A DNA stretch of 64,000 nucleotides. Source: an uncultured virus (IMG/VR IMGVR_UViG_3300045930_000291). Lineage: Duplodnaviria; Heunggongvirae; Uroviricota; Caudoviricetes. The notes beneath the pieces are model-generated. The model was not told the origin of the DNA. It saw only the letters and a list, made by a program, of their open reading frames with translations, and did no database searches. The DNA lies in IMG/VR virus record IMGVR_UViG_3300045930_000291. The stretch is one strand, 5' to 3'. This document shows positions 46,977 to 55,802 of this stretch, one piece after another. The position numbers were made by a program, and so were the translations under genes. Position 1 is the stretch's first letter, and each line of letters starts with the position of its first letter.

Positions 46977-47060
46977 TGGACCCGCGTAGATCTGCACCAC
47001 GCCGGTCAGGGCTTACGCCTCGGTGGTCGTCCAGGCTGCCGTTCCTGCTACTTGCGGTCC
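46977..47060 (-). ncRNA. Second, degenerate tRNA-like element
   Basis: CGTGG-TGCAGAT-CTACG T-arm-like hairpin followed by CGGGTCC-A; partial partner GGACCG; CAGG-AACGGCAG-CCTG D-arm-like hairpin. Confidence 0.3.
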
Positions 47061-47303
47061 GTGGCCCCGGGCGCCGGTCGCGCACCGCGCGGCGTCGTCG
47101 CTCCTGGGGCAGTGCCGGCGTCTCGCCGGCGGGTCTTGCGATTCGGTGGATGGGTGCCCGCTGTTTCACGTCTCCCGGTGGCGTTTCCCTAGTCCGTCGC
47201 GGCTCACGCCGCCGACTTCCGCTGCCATCCCGGCCCAGCTTCGGCGCACCTGCGGTATTCGCCTCGGCCTTGGTGTCGGCGCTTCTCCTGTTGTTCTGAC
47301 TCC

Positions 47304-47323
47304 AGTATAGCACGTCGACGTGC
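47304..47323 (-). promoter_or_regulatory. Leftward -10 (TATACT) next to a perfect 14-bp palindrome GCACGTCGACGTGC
   Basis: AGTATA at 47304-47309; palindrome 47310-47323. Confidence 0.5.
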
Positions 47324-47382
47324 CATACACATGGCCATACTTCCTTGACGAACGGCTGGCCCGGACCCTAGCGGTTCGGTCA

Positions 47383-47679
47383 ATGGCACGTACGCCTGCT
47401 ATGTCCGGTATCCTCGACGCCATGGCCAGAGGCATGCAGTCCGCAGACGTCCAGACCCGCGCCCGCGTAGCGAGCTCGGGCGGCCGCGGTCGGGCCGCCG
47501 CCCTCACCGCCGACGAGCGGGCGTCCGGTGCCGCAGCAGCTGGCCGGGCCGGGCACGCGCCCGCCGCCATGGCCCGCCGCATCGTCAAGGCCTGGCCCAC
47601 GCTGTCCGACGAGGAACGCGGCGAGGTCCTGGGAGTCCTGACCGCTGGCCTGCCACTGAGACGTCGTCCGAACGGCTGA
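47383..47679 (+). CDS. Small basic putative nucleic-acid-binding protein
   Basis: GGRGRAAALTADER motif; divergent from the leftward transcript; start uncertain. Confidence 0.5.
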   Translation: MARTPAMSGILDAMARGMQSADVQTRARVASSGGRGRAAALTADERASGAAAAGRAGHAPAAMARRIVKAWPTLSDEERGEVLGVLTAGLPLRRRPNG

Positions 47680-47756
47680 CCCCGATCACGTAGGCAACCT
47701 GTCACCCTGCGTGGGTGAGTGAAGGACGACGCGCTCAGATCGCTGTACTTGTTGCC

Positions 47757-48038
47757 CTACTTGCGTTCATCGCTGGCGGCAATCTGTTCAATTCGTTGTT
47801 CGCCGGCGTAGGCGTGGGTGCGGCGGCCGGAGTCATCGTCTGGCTGGCCACTACACCACGAAGCGGATCCAGATCCTGAGTGTTGGGCACGGACCGCGAC
47901 CTCCCATTGAGCGAGTTCGTACTCCATGTCCTGCCGTTCGCAGGCGAGCCTGACCTCGAGGATCCAGTCGAACTCGTAGGGATCGGCCTCGGCGATCTGA
48001 CGCTCAAGTCGGTCAACCAGTGTCCGGCGGCGTCTCAT
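47757..48038 (-). CDS. Hypothetical protein
   Basis: GGAG RBS; MRRRRTLVDRLERQ. Confidence 0.5.
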   Translation of the reverse strand: MRRRRTLVDRLERQIAEADPYEFDWILEVRLACERQDMEYELAQWEVAVRAQHSGSGSASWCSGQPDDDSGRRTHAYAGEQRIEQIAASDERK

Positions 48039-48096
48039 CCCGCACACTCCCGCACCTTCACTGCATCGAGGAGTTGCTGCTGCCGCCGGTTGAGGG

Positions 48097-48369
48097 TCAC
48101 GGCGCACCGTCCGTGGACACGCCGGAGATCCACCCACCACCCGAGAGGGGGCGCTCGTACGGGTCGGACTCATCTGGCTGGGAGGCAGGGAAGGCCATGG
48201 TGACCTCGACGACGTCGTTGGCCGACAGGTCACGGTAGTCGTGGTAGTCGCGGATCAGTCGGCCTGCGCGGTCGCGGGTGAGGCCGGATCCGGCGAAGTC
48301 CATCAGTGCGGCTATGGCTCGCACGACTGGGTGTTCTGCCGGGCGCTCGCTGGTCGGTACCTTGTCCAT
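48097..48369 (-). CDS. Hypothetical protein
   Basis: GAGGAGG RBS. Confidence 0.6.
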   Translation of the reverse strand: MDKVPTSERPAEHPVVRAIAALMDFAGSGLTRDRAGRLIRDYHDYRDLSANDVVEVTMAFPASQPDESDPYERPLSGGGWISGVSTDGAP

Positions 48370-48441
48370 GGGTCGCCTCCTCGTAGGCGATCAAGGGCTC
48401 CGGTTGGCGTTCGCGCGCCGCCGGGGCCCGTCTTCTCTTGG

Positions 48442-48546
48442 GGTGCCCACCACGGTAACTCTATGGTGGCCACCTGCATACCCTTCAGGTGGCCACCATT
48501 GCATATGCCCAGTTCAGGCCACCGTCGGCATGGCAGGGTGGCCACG
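48442..48546. promoter_or_regulatory. Array of five GGTGGCCACC-type palindromic operators in a divergent promoter region
   Basis: Copies at 48442 (1 mismatch), 48465, 48488, 48514 (partial), 48537 (1 mismatch); spacing 23/23/26/23 bp; leftward -10 TAGAGT at 48458-48463. Confidence 0.65.
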
Positions 48547-48791
48547 TGCCGGGCGAGTTGGAGGTGGCGACGACCGCGTATCAGGCCGCCCTCAGGCGCC
48601 GAGATGACGCGCACGCCGAGTTGGCCCGCGCCAGGGCGGACGTGCCGGTTACGCGCCAGCGGCTGGCCCGGGCCATCGTCGCGGCCTACGTGAACGACTA
48701 CGCCCGGGTAAACGACTTGGCCCGCGCTACGGGCTATGGCCGTGAGCAGGTACGTAGGATCTTGCGCGCGGCCGGAGTGGACCCCGACTGA
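48546..48791 (+). CDS. Small HTH regulator
   Basis: RVNDLARATGYGREQVRRIL. Confidence 0.7.
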   Translation: MPGELEVATTAYQAALRRRDDAHAELARARADVPVTRQRLARAIVAAYVNDYARVNDLARATGYGREQVRRILRAAGVDPD

Positions 48792-49177
48792 CCTCAGCCG
48801 TTTGGGCCGAATCCGGTTTACCGACCGTTCACTTCTGGTGTCGGTCGTGCGGTCTGATCCGGAGGCGATTGCTCCAGAACCGCAGGTCAGACACCTAGTG
48901 AAGACGATCTATTGACTTCCGCGCCAACCTAGTCACGACCCGTTGGCGCACAATCCACCGATCATCCGATCCCGCTACCAGCCAAAACGTGAGGGGTGCA
49001 TACAACGGTGACCGGGTGTAGACAGGTGGGCACACCTTGACACCCGTCCTCGCCCCGGGATGTAACACCCTGCCGGTCACCAGCGATATGAGCCGAAGGG
49101 GGTGTCGGGGTGGAGGGCTCACAACCTTCTACCTGGGCCAACGACCTAGGGCCATTCGCCTGATCGGAGGTTTGACC

Positions 49178-49606
49178 TTGACTGCCCTTAGGTGGCTGTA
49201 CATTGCCGTCACCGCCGCCGTCGCCTATGTGATCCACCTCGTGTATGCACATCTTGCTGACAGCCCGGTACTGCCACCACGACTCAACACGCTCGCCCTG
49301 GACATCCTCGTCGCCGGGGTGGTGATCGCCGCGGTTGTGGTGGTCGTACTGCCGGTCATCGGCCGTATCGAACGACGGCTGGATGCCATCACCAACAACC
49401 AGGCCGCCCACGGCGCCCACTTGGACGAGATCACCAGGGACCTGCCCATCCGGGGCGTGGCCAGGGTGTACTACATCCCCTCGGACAAGCAGCGGGTGCC
49501 GTCGCTGCCGCCCGTGGATACGACCTATCTTGCCGAGGCGGCCGAGTACTACGAACTCGGCCGGCAGGCGGGTCTCGCCACCCGGGACGACCCGCCGATC
49601 GGTTGA
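49178..49606 (+). CDS. Two-TM membrane protein next to attP (possible lysogen-expressed moron)
   Basis: GGAGG RBS + TTG; two TM helices; followed by a hairpin. Confidence 0.6.
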   Translation: MTALRWLYIAVTAAVAYVIHLVYAHLADSPVLPPRLNTLALDILVAGVVIAAVVVVVLPVIGRIERRLDAITNNQAAHGAHLDEITRDLPIRGVARVYYIPSDKQRVPSLPPVDTTYLAEAAEYYELGRQAGLATRDDPPIG

Positions 49607-49632
49607 TCTCCCCCAAGGGACCCCCAAACGGA

Positions 49633-49662
49633 GTCAGCCCCGGTCGGTAGACCGGGGCTGAC
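49633..49662. terminator. Hairpin next to attP
   Basis: GTCAGCCCCGGTC-GGTA-GACCGGGGCTGAC. Confidence 0.6.
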
Positions 49663-49685
49663 CTGCGCAAAGATAGATCAAAGAG

Positions 49686-49711
49686 TGGGGTGACTGAGGG
49701 GACTCGAACCC
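49686..49711 (-). other. attP: attP common core matching the 3' end of a tRNA, probably tRNA-His
   Basis: Minus strand GGGTTCGAGTCCCCTCAGTCACCCCA (T-loop, acceptor 3' strand, C73, CCA); about 120 bp from the integrase stop; flanking CCCCCAAG(T)GGA-type repeats at about 49610-49628 and 49806-49828. Confidence 0.8.
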
Positions 49712-49828
49712 GAAAACAGGCCCAGGTCAGAGGTCTGACAACGCGGCTGACCTGCACCCATAGGGTCTGTCGAGGTACCTCGGGGTACGTCGGGGTACGC
49801 CGTTCCCCCCAGTGGACCCCCAAGTGGA

Positions 49829-50998
49829 TCACAGGTCGGTCAGCTCCTCCGCGACCTCGGCGTCGAGCTCGTCCGCCGCGATCTCCCTCAGCGCCTCCGC
49901 CACCGCGTCGAGGATGCCCTGATCGACCTCCTCGCGCAGGTGCCCGTACAGCGCGTCGGTGACCGCGATCGACGAGTGGCCGAGCCGGCGGGAGATCGCC
50001 GACAGTGGCCGGTTCGCGGCAATCAGCATGGCCGCGTGGGTGTGGCGCAGGTCGTGCACCCGCAGCCCGTCGAGTCCGGCCCGGGCACAGGTGGCCAGCC
50101 AGATCCGCCGGAAGTTCCGGGTCCGGATCATGTTCCCCAGCACTGTGGTGAACACGACCTCGTCGCCGTCCTTCCCGACCAACAACGGAGCCAACCGCAG
50201 CGCGACCGTGGTCGGGAACGAGACGGTGCGCCGCGACCGGGCCGACTTCGGGGAGGAGAAGTACAGGTCGGATCCGGATCCGGGCCGCTCCTGCAGCTGC
50301 TCCTCGACCCGCAGCTGGGGCCGGGCCGCGAGCAGGTCGACCCGCCGCACCTTCAGCCCGATCGCCTCACCCCACCGCAGCCCGGTCGCCACCAGCAGCA
50401 GCACCAGCGGACGCCAGTGCTCGGGCATCGCGGAGATCAGCCGGCCGATCTCCGGGTCCGACAGGAACCGCATCTCCTTCGGTTCCCGCTTCGGCAGCGA
50501 CTTGCCGGTGGACACGCACGGGTTGATGCGGATCCGCCGCGCCGCGACGGCGGCGTCGAGGATGGTGTGCAGCACGCCGTGCACGTTGTGGACAGTCTTC
50601 GGGGCCAGCCGCCTGCGCGCGCCGTGGGTGCTCGGCCACGGACCGAGGCCGTCGGAGAGGTCGGACAGCCACTGCAGGATGACCACCGAGTCCAAGTCGT
50701 CCAGCACGTACCCGCCCAGCAGCGGCCGGATGTGGTTGCGGACCCTGGCGCCCTCAGAGTGGGCGGACGTGTCCTTGAGGCTGCGTTCGTAGTGCGGCCA
50801 CCACTCGTCGATCCAGTCGTCGAGGGTGATCGTCCCACCCCGAGGCAGGAGGGCGTCGCCGCGTAGCACGTCGGCCGCGAGTAGCTTCATCCCGTCGTTG
50901 GCGGCGGCCTTGGTGCGGTAGCCGCCGGCGATGGTGACCTTGCGTCCGCCGCGCTCGTCGCGGATGCGGAACTTCTTGCCGTGCGGCTCAACCCACAT
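49829..50998 (-). CDS. int: Tyrosine integrase
   Basis: TGLRWGE, PKS, HDLRH, RRLGHSSIAVTDALYGH. Confidence 0.95.
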   Translation of the reverse strand: MWVEPHGKKFRIRDERGGRKVTIAGGYRTKAAANDGMKLLAADVLRGDALLPRGGTITLDDWIDEWWPHYERSLKDTSAHSEGARVRNHIRPLLGGYVLDDLDSVVILQWLSDLSDGLGPWPSTHGARRRLAPKTVHNVHGVLHTILDAAVAARRIRINPCVSTGKSLPKREPKEMRFLSDPEIGRLISAMPEHWRPLVLLLVATGLRWGEAIGLKVRRVDLLAARPQLRVEEQLQERPGSGSDLYFSSPKSARSRRTVSFPTTVALRLAPLLVGKDGDEVVFTTVLGNMIRTRNFRRIWLATCARAGLDGLRVHDLRHTHAAMLIAANRPLSAISRRLGHSSIAVTDALYGHLREEVDQGILDAVAEALREIAADELDAEVAEELTDL

Positions 50999-51383
50999 CG
51001 GGTCCGCCGACGAGGTCGATCATCGCCTGGGTGGCCTCGAGCTCGCGCGCCCGCCGTTCGCGGACGTGGGCGATCATCCTGGCTTTCTGCGGGTCGGACA
51101 GCCTGGAGCCGAGGATCACCCGCAGTTCCGGGTCGCTGATGTCGGGGCTTCCGATGATGTTGCCAGCGGCGAACATGGCCAGGGCCATGTCCACGTCCAG
51201 CGCTGCGGCGATCGCGCGGACGCTCGCGACGTTGAGCGAACGACCGCCAAACCGGATCCAGTCAAAGATCGTCCCCCGGGCGATCCCGGACTCTCGTGCC
51301 AATCTGGCGACACTCCACCCCGGCTGCGAGGTCATCGAGCGGAGGAACCGCGACCATGCGTCGGGGCCCTCGACAGTCGCCAT
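50988..51383 (-). CDS. Immunity repressor (XRE HTH)
   Basis: WSVARLARESGIARGTIFDW; divergent from cro; probably leaderless (TATTGT 6 nt upstream of ATG). Confidence 0.75.
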   Translation of the reverse strand: MATVEGPDAWSRFLRSMTSQPGWSVARLARESGIARGTIFDWIRFGGRSLNVASVRAIAAALDVDMALAMFAAGNIIGSPDISDPELRVILGSRLSDPQKARMIAHVRERRARELEATQAMIDLVGGPDVG

Positions 51384-51429
51384 GCGTAGACAATATGTGT
51401 CGCTCCACCTGCGCGGATAGGTCGGTGGA

Positions 51430-51656
51430 CGTCCTCTCCCGGTGACGGTTGCCCGGGGACTGGCGTGTCCCCTGACCCGGTTCTTGCGCCCTGCCCACTC
51501 GCGCTCTCTGTGTCGCATATGGGCGACTGTAACTCTCACCCTTTTAACGCGCGACTGACCGAACGGGTGAATCGTCACTCGTAGGGGTCGTTACTTGCGT
51601 CATGTCTTGGTGACGGTTTAGTCTCTTCGCCATGGCAGCGACATCTCTAGGTGACG
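51430..51656. promoter_or_regulatory. Genetic switch: three 18-bp operators and a rightward promoter
   Basis: CGTCC-TCTCCCGG-TGACG 51430, CGTCA-TGTCTTGG-TGACG 51598, CGACA-TCTCTAGG-TGACG 51639; TTGCGT(51595)-N18-TAGTCT(51619). Confidence 0.65.
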
Positions 51657-51901
51657 GTCTCGACCTCGACAACGAGGTTGAGGCCGTTTTGCGTGTGGAG
51701 GTCTACCGCGCGTTCGTGGCCGCCCGCGGCATCACGAGCGTCACCGCAATGGCTGCCCTGCACGGGATCAGCCGCCAGCACATGCACCGACTGCTCAACG
51801 GCGAGCGCACCGCGAGCCTCTCGCTCGCGATGCACATCGCCCGTCAGTTCAACACGACGGTCGAGGCGCTGTTCGAGCTGAAGAAGGCGAGGGCGGCGTG
51901 A
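51632..51901 (+). CDS. Cro-like HTH protein
   Basis: MAALHGISRQHMHRLLNGE.TASL..A..IA..F...VEALF. Confidence 0.8.
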   Translation: MAATSLGDGLDLDNEVEAVLRVEVYRAFVAARGITSVTAMAALHGISRQHMHRLLNGERTASLSLAMHIARQFNTTVEALFELKKARAA

Positions 51902-52158
51902 TGTACGACCTCACCGAGGCGGCGTGCCAGCTCTGCGTGAGCCGCGAGTGGCTGCGCAAGCAGGTCACCGCTGAGCGGGTCGCGTGCACCCGCCTCGGTC
52001 GGAAGGTGCTCTTCACCGACGAGCAGATCTCGCAGATCATCGCCGATCACGTGCAGCCCGTGGCCAACCATCGACCGCGGCTGTCCACCGACGCAACCCC
52101 GGCAGCCGGGCAGGCCAACCCAGCCAACCAAATCGACGAGCGCGGCGAGTTGAGATGA
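51898..52158 (+). CDS. Excisionase-like HTH_17 protein
   Basis: YDLTEAACQLCVSREWL...RLGRKVLF. Confidence 0.75.
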   Translation: MMYDLTEAACQLCVSREWLRKQVTAERVACTRLGRKVLFTDEQISQIIADHVQPVANHRPRLSTDATPAAGQANPANQIDERGELR

Positions 52159-52433
52159 GCCGCCGCCGCCTATACCCCGCACCGCCGACCTCCCCCGGCG
52201 TCGGTGCGGTGCGCCAGCCCCTCCCCCCGGGCTGAGCGCAAGGGGGGCCCAGCCGTTCTGAGGGGTGCGGACGGGCCCCCCACCTCAAGACGTGGGGGAG
52301 CCGGAAACTACCGATCCACGGGATGGGCACTCGGCCAGCCGGCTCCCCCACACCGCAAGACCTGAAGACGACCGAGGACCCGAACCGGTCAGCACCCGGC
52401 CGGGCCCTCTCGAAGACCAGATGACACAAGGAG

Positions 52434-53300
52434 ATGGTCAACGTGACAACCACTCTACCGGCCACACAGGACGAAGGCGCGACCATCGGCGTCGAGCTGT
52501 ACGGCGACGAGCACCAAACCTGGCTCGGCCGCCATCCGATTGCACCGTATCGCCAGCCCGGCGAGCCGACGATCGTGCGCCGCCGCGCCGGCCAGATCGC
52601 GGCAGTGTTCCCCGCGGCCGGCAGTGTCGAGGAACTCGACGTGATTGCTGCCGGCCTGGCTCCGACGTGGACGTGCCGGCACATCCCCGCCGTCGTCGGC
52701 AAGATATGGGCCTGCCCCGAACAGGGCTGCGGCTACCACATCGCCGACGGCCCGGCCCCGGACGATGAACTGTCCACCTTGGAGCTGATCCGCGAGCACC
52801 TCGAACAGCACGAGCGCGATCGGGCTCCCGGCCCGTACGCCGGGGTTGCGGCCGAACTACGGCGTATCGCCGACGACCTCGCCACGATCACCGGCGACCA
52901 GTCGGTGCTCGGGGTCAGGCTAACCGTCTACGTGCCCTACGGCCTCCGCAACGCGAGCGACGCCCGCACTGCCGATCTGGTTGACCCGGTGGCGTTGGCC
53001 CTGACGGGTGAGTCCGGCCAGGCCGAGCGGGCGGGCGCCGGCTGGCACCACCAGGCCAGTTGTGACCGTGGCCCCGTGAACGTCTGGGTGTACGGCACCA
53101 TCGCAGATCCGACCGTGCGGGAACAGGACGCCGAGCTGGAGCGGCTGCGCGCGGAGAACGACGCACTGCGCTTGGCTGCAGGTCAGTCGGGCCCAAAGGC
53201 TGTATCTGCCGCTGCCACGAGCGTGGACCCCGCCGACCCTATCGGCTCTGCCTCCGGTGTGGCCTCCTCGGGTGACGCCGCCGGGTCGGTGTCCCAGTGA
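52434..53300 (+). CDS. Hypothetical protein
   Basis: AAGGAG RBS; C2H2-like CPEQGC...H...H. Confidence 0.6.
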   Translation: MVNVTTTLPATQDEGATIGVELYGDEHQTWLGRHPIAPYRQPGEPTIVRRRAGQIAAVFPAAGSVEELDVIAAGLAPTWTCRHIPAVVGKIWACPEQGCGYHIADGPAPDDELSTLELIREHLEQHERDRAPGPYAGVAAELRRIADDLATITGDQSVLGVRLTVYVPYGLRNASDARTADLVDPVALALTGESGQAERAGAGWHHQASCDRGPVNVWVYGTIADPTVREQDAELERLRAENDALRLAAGQSGPKAVSAAATSVDPADPIGSASGVASSGDAAGSVSQ

Positions 53301-53695
53301 CCCGCCCGGTGGACCCGCTGTGCGAGCGGCTGCGTGAGATCCGCCAGCGCGCTGGTCTGTCGCTGCAGCAGGTGCAGGAAAAGTCCGCGGGCCGGTGGAA
53401 GGCGGTGGTGGTCGGTTCGTGGGAGCGCGGCGACCGGACGCCCACCGTACGCGGCGCGCGGGAACTGTTGGACTTCTACGGCTTCCGGCTGGAGGTGCTT
53501 GGTCCGGACGATGTGGTGGCTCGCCACGGCGCGGACGGGGGGTCCAGTGTGGACTACTTCGTCGTGTACGGCGGCGGTTCGATCCCGTGCGCAGACTTCA
53601 GTGAGGCCGAGGCGATCGCGTCACACATGCCCGGCTCGCGGGTGGCGTACCGGACGCGGACGGTGGGCGATCTGGTGCTGGTCGGTGCGTCGTGA
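53297..53695 (+). CDS. XRE protein with a BldD-like DNA-binding domain
   Basis: LREIRQRAGLSLQQVQEKSAGRWKAVVVGSWERGDR closely resembles the BldD N-terminal domain as recalled. Confidence 0.8.
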   Translation: MTRPVDPLCERLREIRQRAGLSLQQVQEKSAGRWKAVVVGSWERGDRTPTVRGARELLDFYGFRLEVLGPDDVVARHGADGGSSVDYFVVYGGGSIPCADFSEAEAIASHMPGSRVAYRTRTVGDLVLVGAS

Positions 53696-54303
53696 CCCTC
53701 AGTACGGACGTATACGTCCTCGACGAAGTCGACCCAGCCGAGGTGTTCCGCTTCTGCCAAGGGCTGTTGACCAAGTACGACAACCCGCGCCACATGCCGC
53801 CGCGACTGCAGCGGGTACGCGACGAGCAGGATACGTCGTACACCGGCACCCCGGGAGAGTTTGAGGTCCGACCGGGCAACCCGTGGTCTCGCGACAACGA
53901 ACCGCAGCAAGGGCTGCCAGCGTGGCTCATGACCTCGTACCGGCCCGACGGTCCCCTTCGGGCCGAAGTGGCTGGCCACGATGACGACTGCGACGAGGAC
54001 TGCACCGGCAATTACCACGACCGCGCATGCTGGATGTCGATCGACTTTGACACGGCGTACGGCTACCGCGACGGCCGTGGCTGGGGATGCGGCGACCTGC
54101 ACGCGGCCATGGTGTCCGAACTCGGTGCCTGGCTCACGACTAAGGGCGTCCGCTGGGAGTGGCGCAACGAGTTCACGGGCGAGGTCCACACCGGACCCGA
54201 CGGGTTGACCGAACTCGGTAAGGCCGGAGCGGAGGCACAGGACTGGTTCCGCACCGCCGTTCTTCCCGCCATCGACGCCAGCCTGTCGGGCGGTGGTTCA
54301 TGA
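53692..54303 (+). CDS. Hypothetical phage protein
   Basis: Coupled; FDTAYGYR, W.NEFTGEVH. Confidence 0.7.
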   Translation: MTLSTDVYVLDEVDPAEVFRFCQGLLTKYDNPRHMPPRLQRVRDEQDTSYTGTPGEFEVRPGNPWSRDNEPQQGLPAWLMTSYRPDGPLRAEVAGHDDDCDEDCTGNYHDRACWMSIDFDTAYGYRDGRGWGCGDLHAAMVSELGAWLTTKGVRWEWRNEFTGEVHTGPDGLTELGKAGAEAQDWFRTAVLPAIDASLSGGGS

Positions 54304-54509
54304 CCCCCGTCGCCCGTCTCCTCGCCCAGCATCACGCCGGCATGCTCACCACCAGCCAGCTCATCGACGGGCTGCGCCGCGAGGGTGTGGCCAACCCTGA
54401 GGGGCTGGCCAACGACCGGAGCCTGCCGGACCCGTCGTCGTGCGGGTTCGAGCAGCGCGCAGCCGTCCACATTGAGCGGTCGCCGCTACTCGGCGGGTGG
54501 GTGCGATGA
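54300..54509 (+). CDS. Hypothetical protein
   Basis: ATGA coupling. Confidence 0.5.
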   Translation: MTPVARLLAQHHAGMLTTSQLIDGLRREGVANPEGLANDRSLPDPSSCGFEQRAAVHIERSPLLGGWVR

Positions 54510-54850
54510 CGACCCCGAACGACGCCGTGTACAACTGGCTGCGCACCTACGCCAGCCGTTACCTCGACACCGACGTACCGGTAGAGGACCTGGCCCGGAT
54601 CGCTGATATGGCGGTTGCGGGCCTGCGTGACGCGGGCCTGCTAAACCGGGGCGAGACGACGCCGCGAACCTTCGCACTTCCGGAGATGCCGGCAGACGTG
54701 GTGGCAGTAAAGGACCGCGGGGGAAGGACGTGGCGTCGATATGAGCCCGGTGACGATTTCTGGGTCAACGACGGAAGCATCGTCGGCCACTCGTCGATTC
54801 AGCTGATAGCCACCCGGGGTCCACTCACTGAGGTGGTGGACTCGTCGTGA
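54506..54850 (+). CDS. Hypothetical protein
   Basis: ATGA coupling. Confidence 0.6.
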   Translation: MTTPNDAVYNWLRTYASRYLDTDVPVEDLARIADMAVAGLRDAGLLNRGETTPRTFALPEMPADVVAVKDRGGRTWRRYEPGDDFWVNDGSIVGHSSIQLIATRGPLTEVVDSS

Positions 54851-55182
54851 CCCCCACCTCCACCGCCTTCACCGTGCTCGCCGTCATCGCCTGCCTCGCC
54901 GCATCCGGCATCGGCCTGTGGTGGGCCATCAGCCGCGCCGCGCGGGAATTGACAACCGCCGACACCGAAACTGACGGCGACCTGACCGAGGTCATCCCGT
55001 GGGCCGACCTCACGCAACCCCCACGGCGTGAGGTGCCCGACTGGCTCGATCACCAGGACGAGTGCGACGAAGAGTTCGACGACCTTGTCGTCGCGCTGAT
55101 CGAAACCGATCAGCCCTGGGTCGACGCCTTCGAGGCGCTCGGCGAAAGGCTGCGCGACTACGACCCGGAGGAGTCCCGATGA
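54847..55182 (+). CDS. Membrane-anchored acidic protein
   Basis: N-terminal TM. Confidence 0.6.
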   Translation: MTPTSTAFTVLAVIACLAASGIGLWWAISRAARELTTADTETDGDLTEVIPWADLTQPPRREVPDWLDHQDECDEEFDDLVVALIETDQPWVDAFEALGERLRDYDPEESR

Positions 55183-55802
55183 CCGTACTGATCCCATGGT
55201 GGGCCCAAGCCGCTGCCGTGCCACTGCTCATCACATTCGGCTGGTGCGCCGCATACTCCCGCCTGTGGTGGATGCGAGAGCAGGTCGCCGACCAGAAAGC
55301 TGACCTAGCCCGGCTCACCACTTGGGCCCCGACGACGGCCGAGCCCCGCGAGCCGGGCGCCACGCTGTGGCCGAAGCCGTTGCACCCGCGCGACCGGGAA
55401 CGACTGCTCGCGTTCGCCAACCGGGGTGCACTACCAGCGGTGCCGGCGCCGCCGCGTCTGCGCCGCCCGGATCCGCTGTGGGAACCGCACGACACCGGGG
55501 TGGGTCGGCGTTGGGTGCCGGCAGCTGCGCGGCCGACATGGCGGCAGCGAATCCGCACCGCCATGCGGCTGTGGCTGGCCCGGGCGAAGCGGTACGTACC
55601 GATGGTGGGTGCACCTGGACGGCACCGCGCTGACCTTTCGTGGTCATCGCGGCCGGACGAAAAGGTGTCGGTCCAGCCAACTCCTGAACCCACCGTCGTC
55701 GAGGTGATCGCGGCCGAGCCCCACGCCGACGACTTCGACCGGGCGTTCCGTGAGATGGAGGCCGGGCTGCTGGCCACGATCGCTAGGGGCGGTGCCCGAT
55801 GA
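55179..55802 (+). CDS. Membrane-anchored hypothetical protein
   Basis: GGAGGAG RBS, N-terminal TM. Confidence 0.55.
   Translation: MTVLIPWWAQAAAVPLLITFGWCAAYSRLWWMREQVADQKADLARLTTWAPTTAEPREPGATLWPKPLHPRDRERLLAFANRGALPAVPAPPRLRRPDPLWEPHDTGVGRRWVPAAARPTWRQRIRTAMRLWLARAKRYVPMVGAPGRHRADLSWSSRPDEKVSVQPTPEPTVVEVIAAEPHADDFDRAFREMEAGLLATIARGGAR

Noticed and set aside
46726..47313. Full 195-aa ORF
   Set aside because: The N-terminal two-thirds is low-complexity and overlaps hairpin-rich sequence; the RBS-supported start is at 46935
49686..49711. Complete tRNA gene
   Set aside because: Only the T-loop and 3' acceptor strand are present; no 5' half, so it is treated as the attP core
51560..51585. BldD box in the immunity region
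   Set aside because: The inverted repeat ACGGGTGA-atcg-TCACTCGT does not fit the TNAC-N5-GTNA consensus
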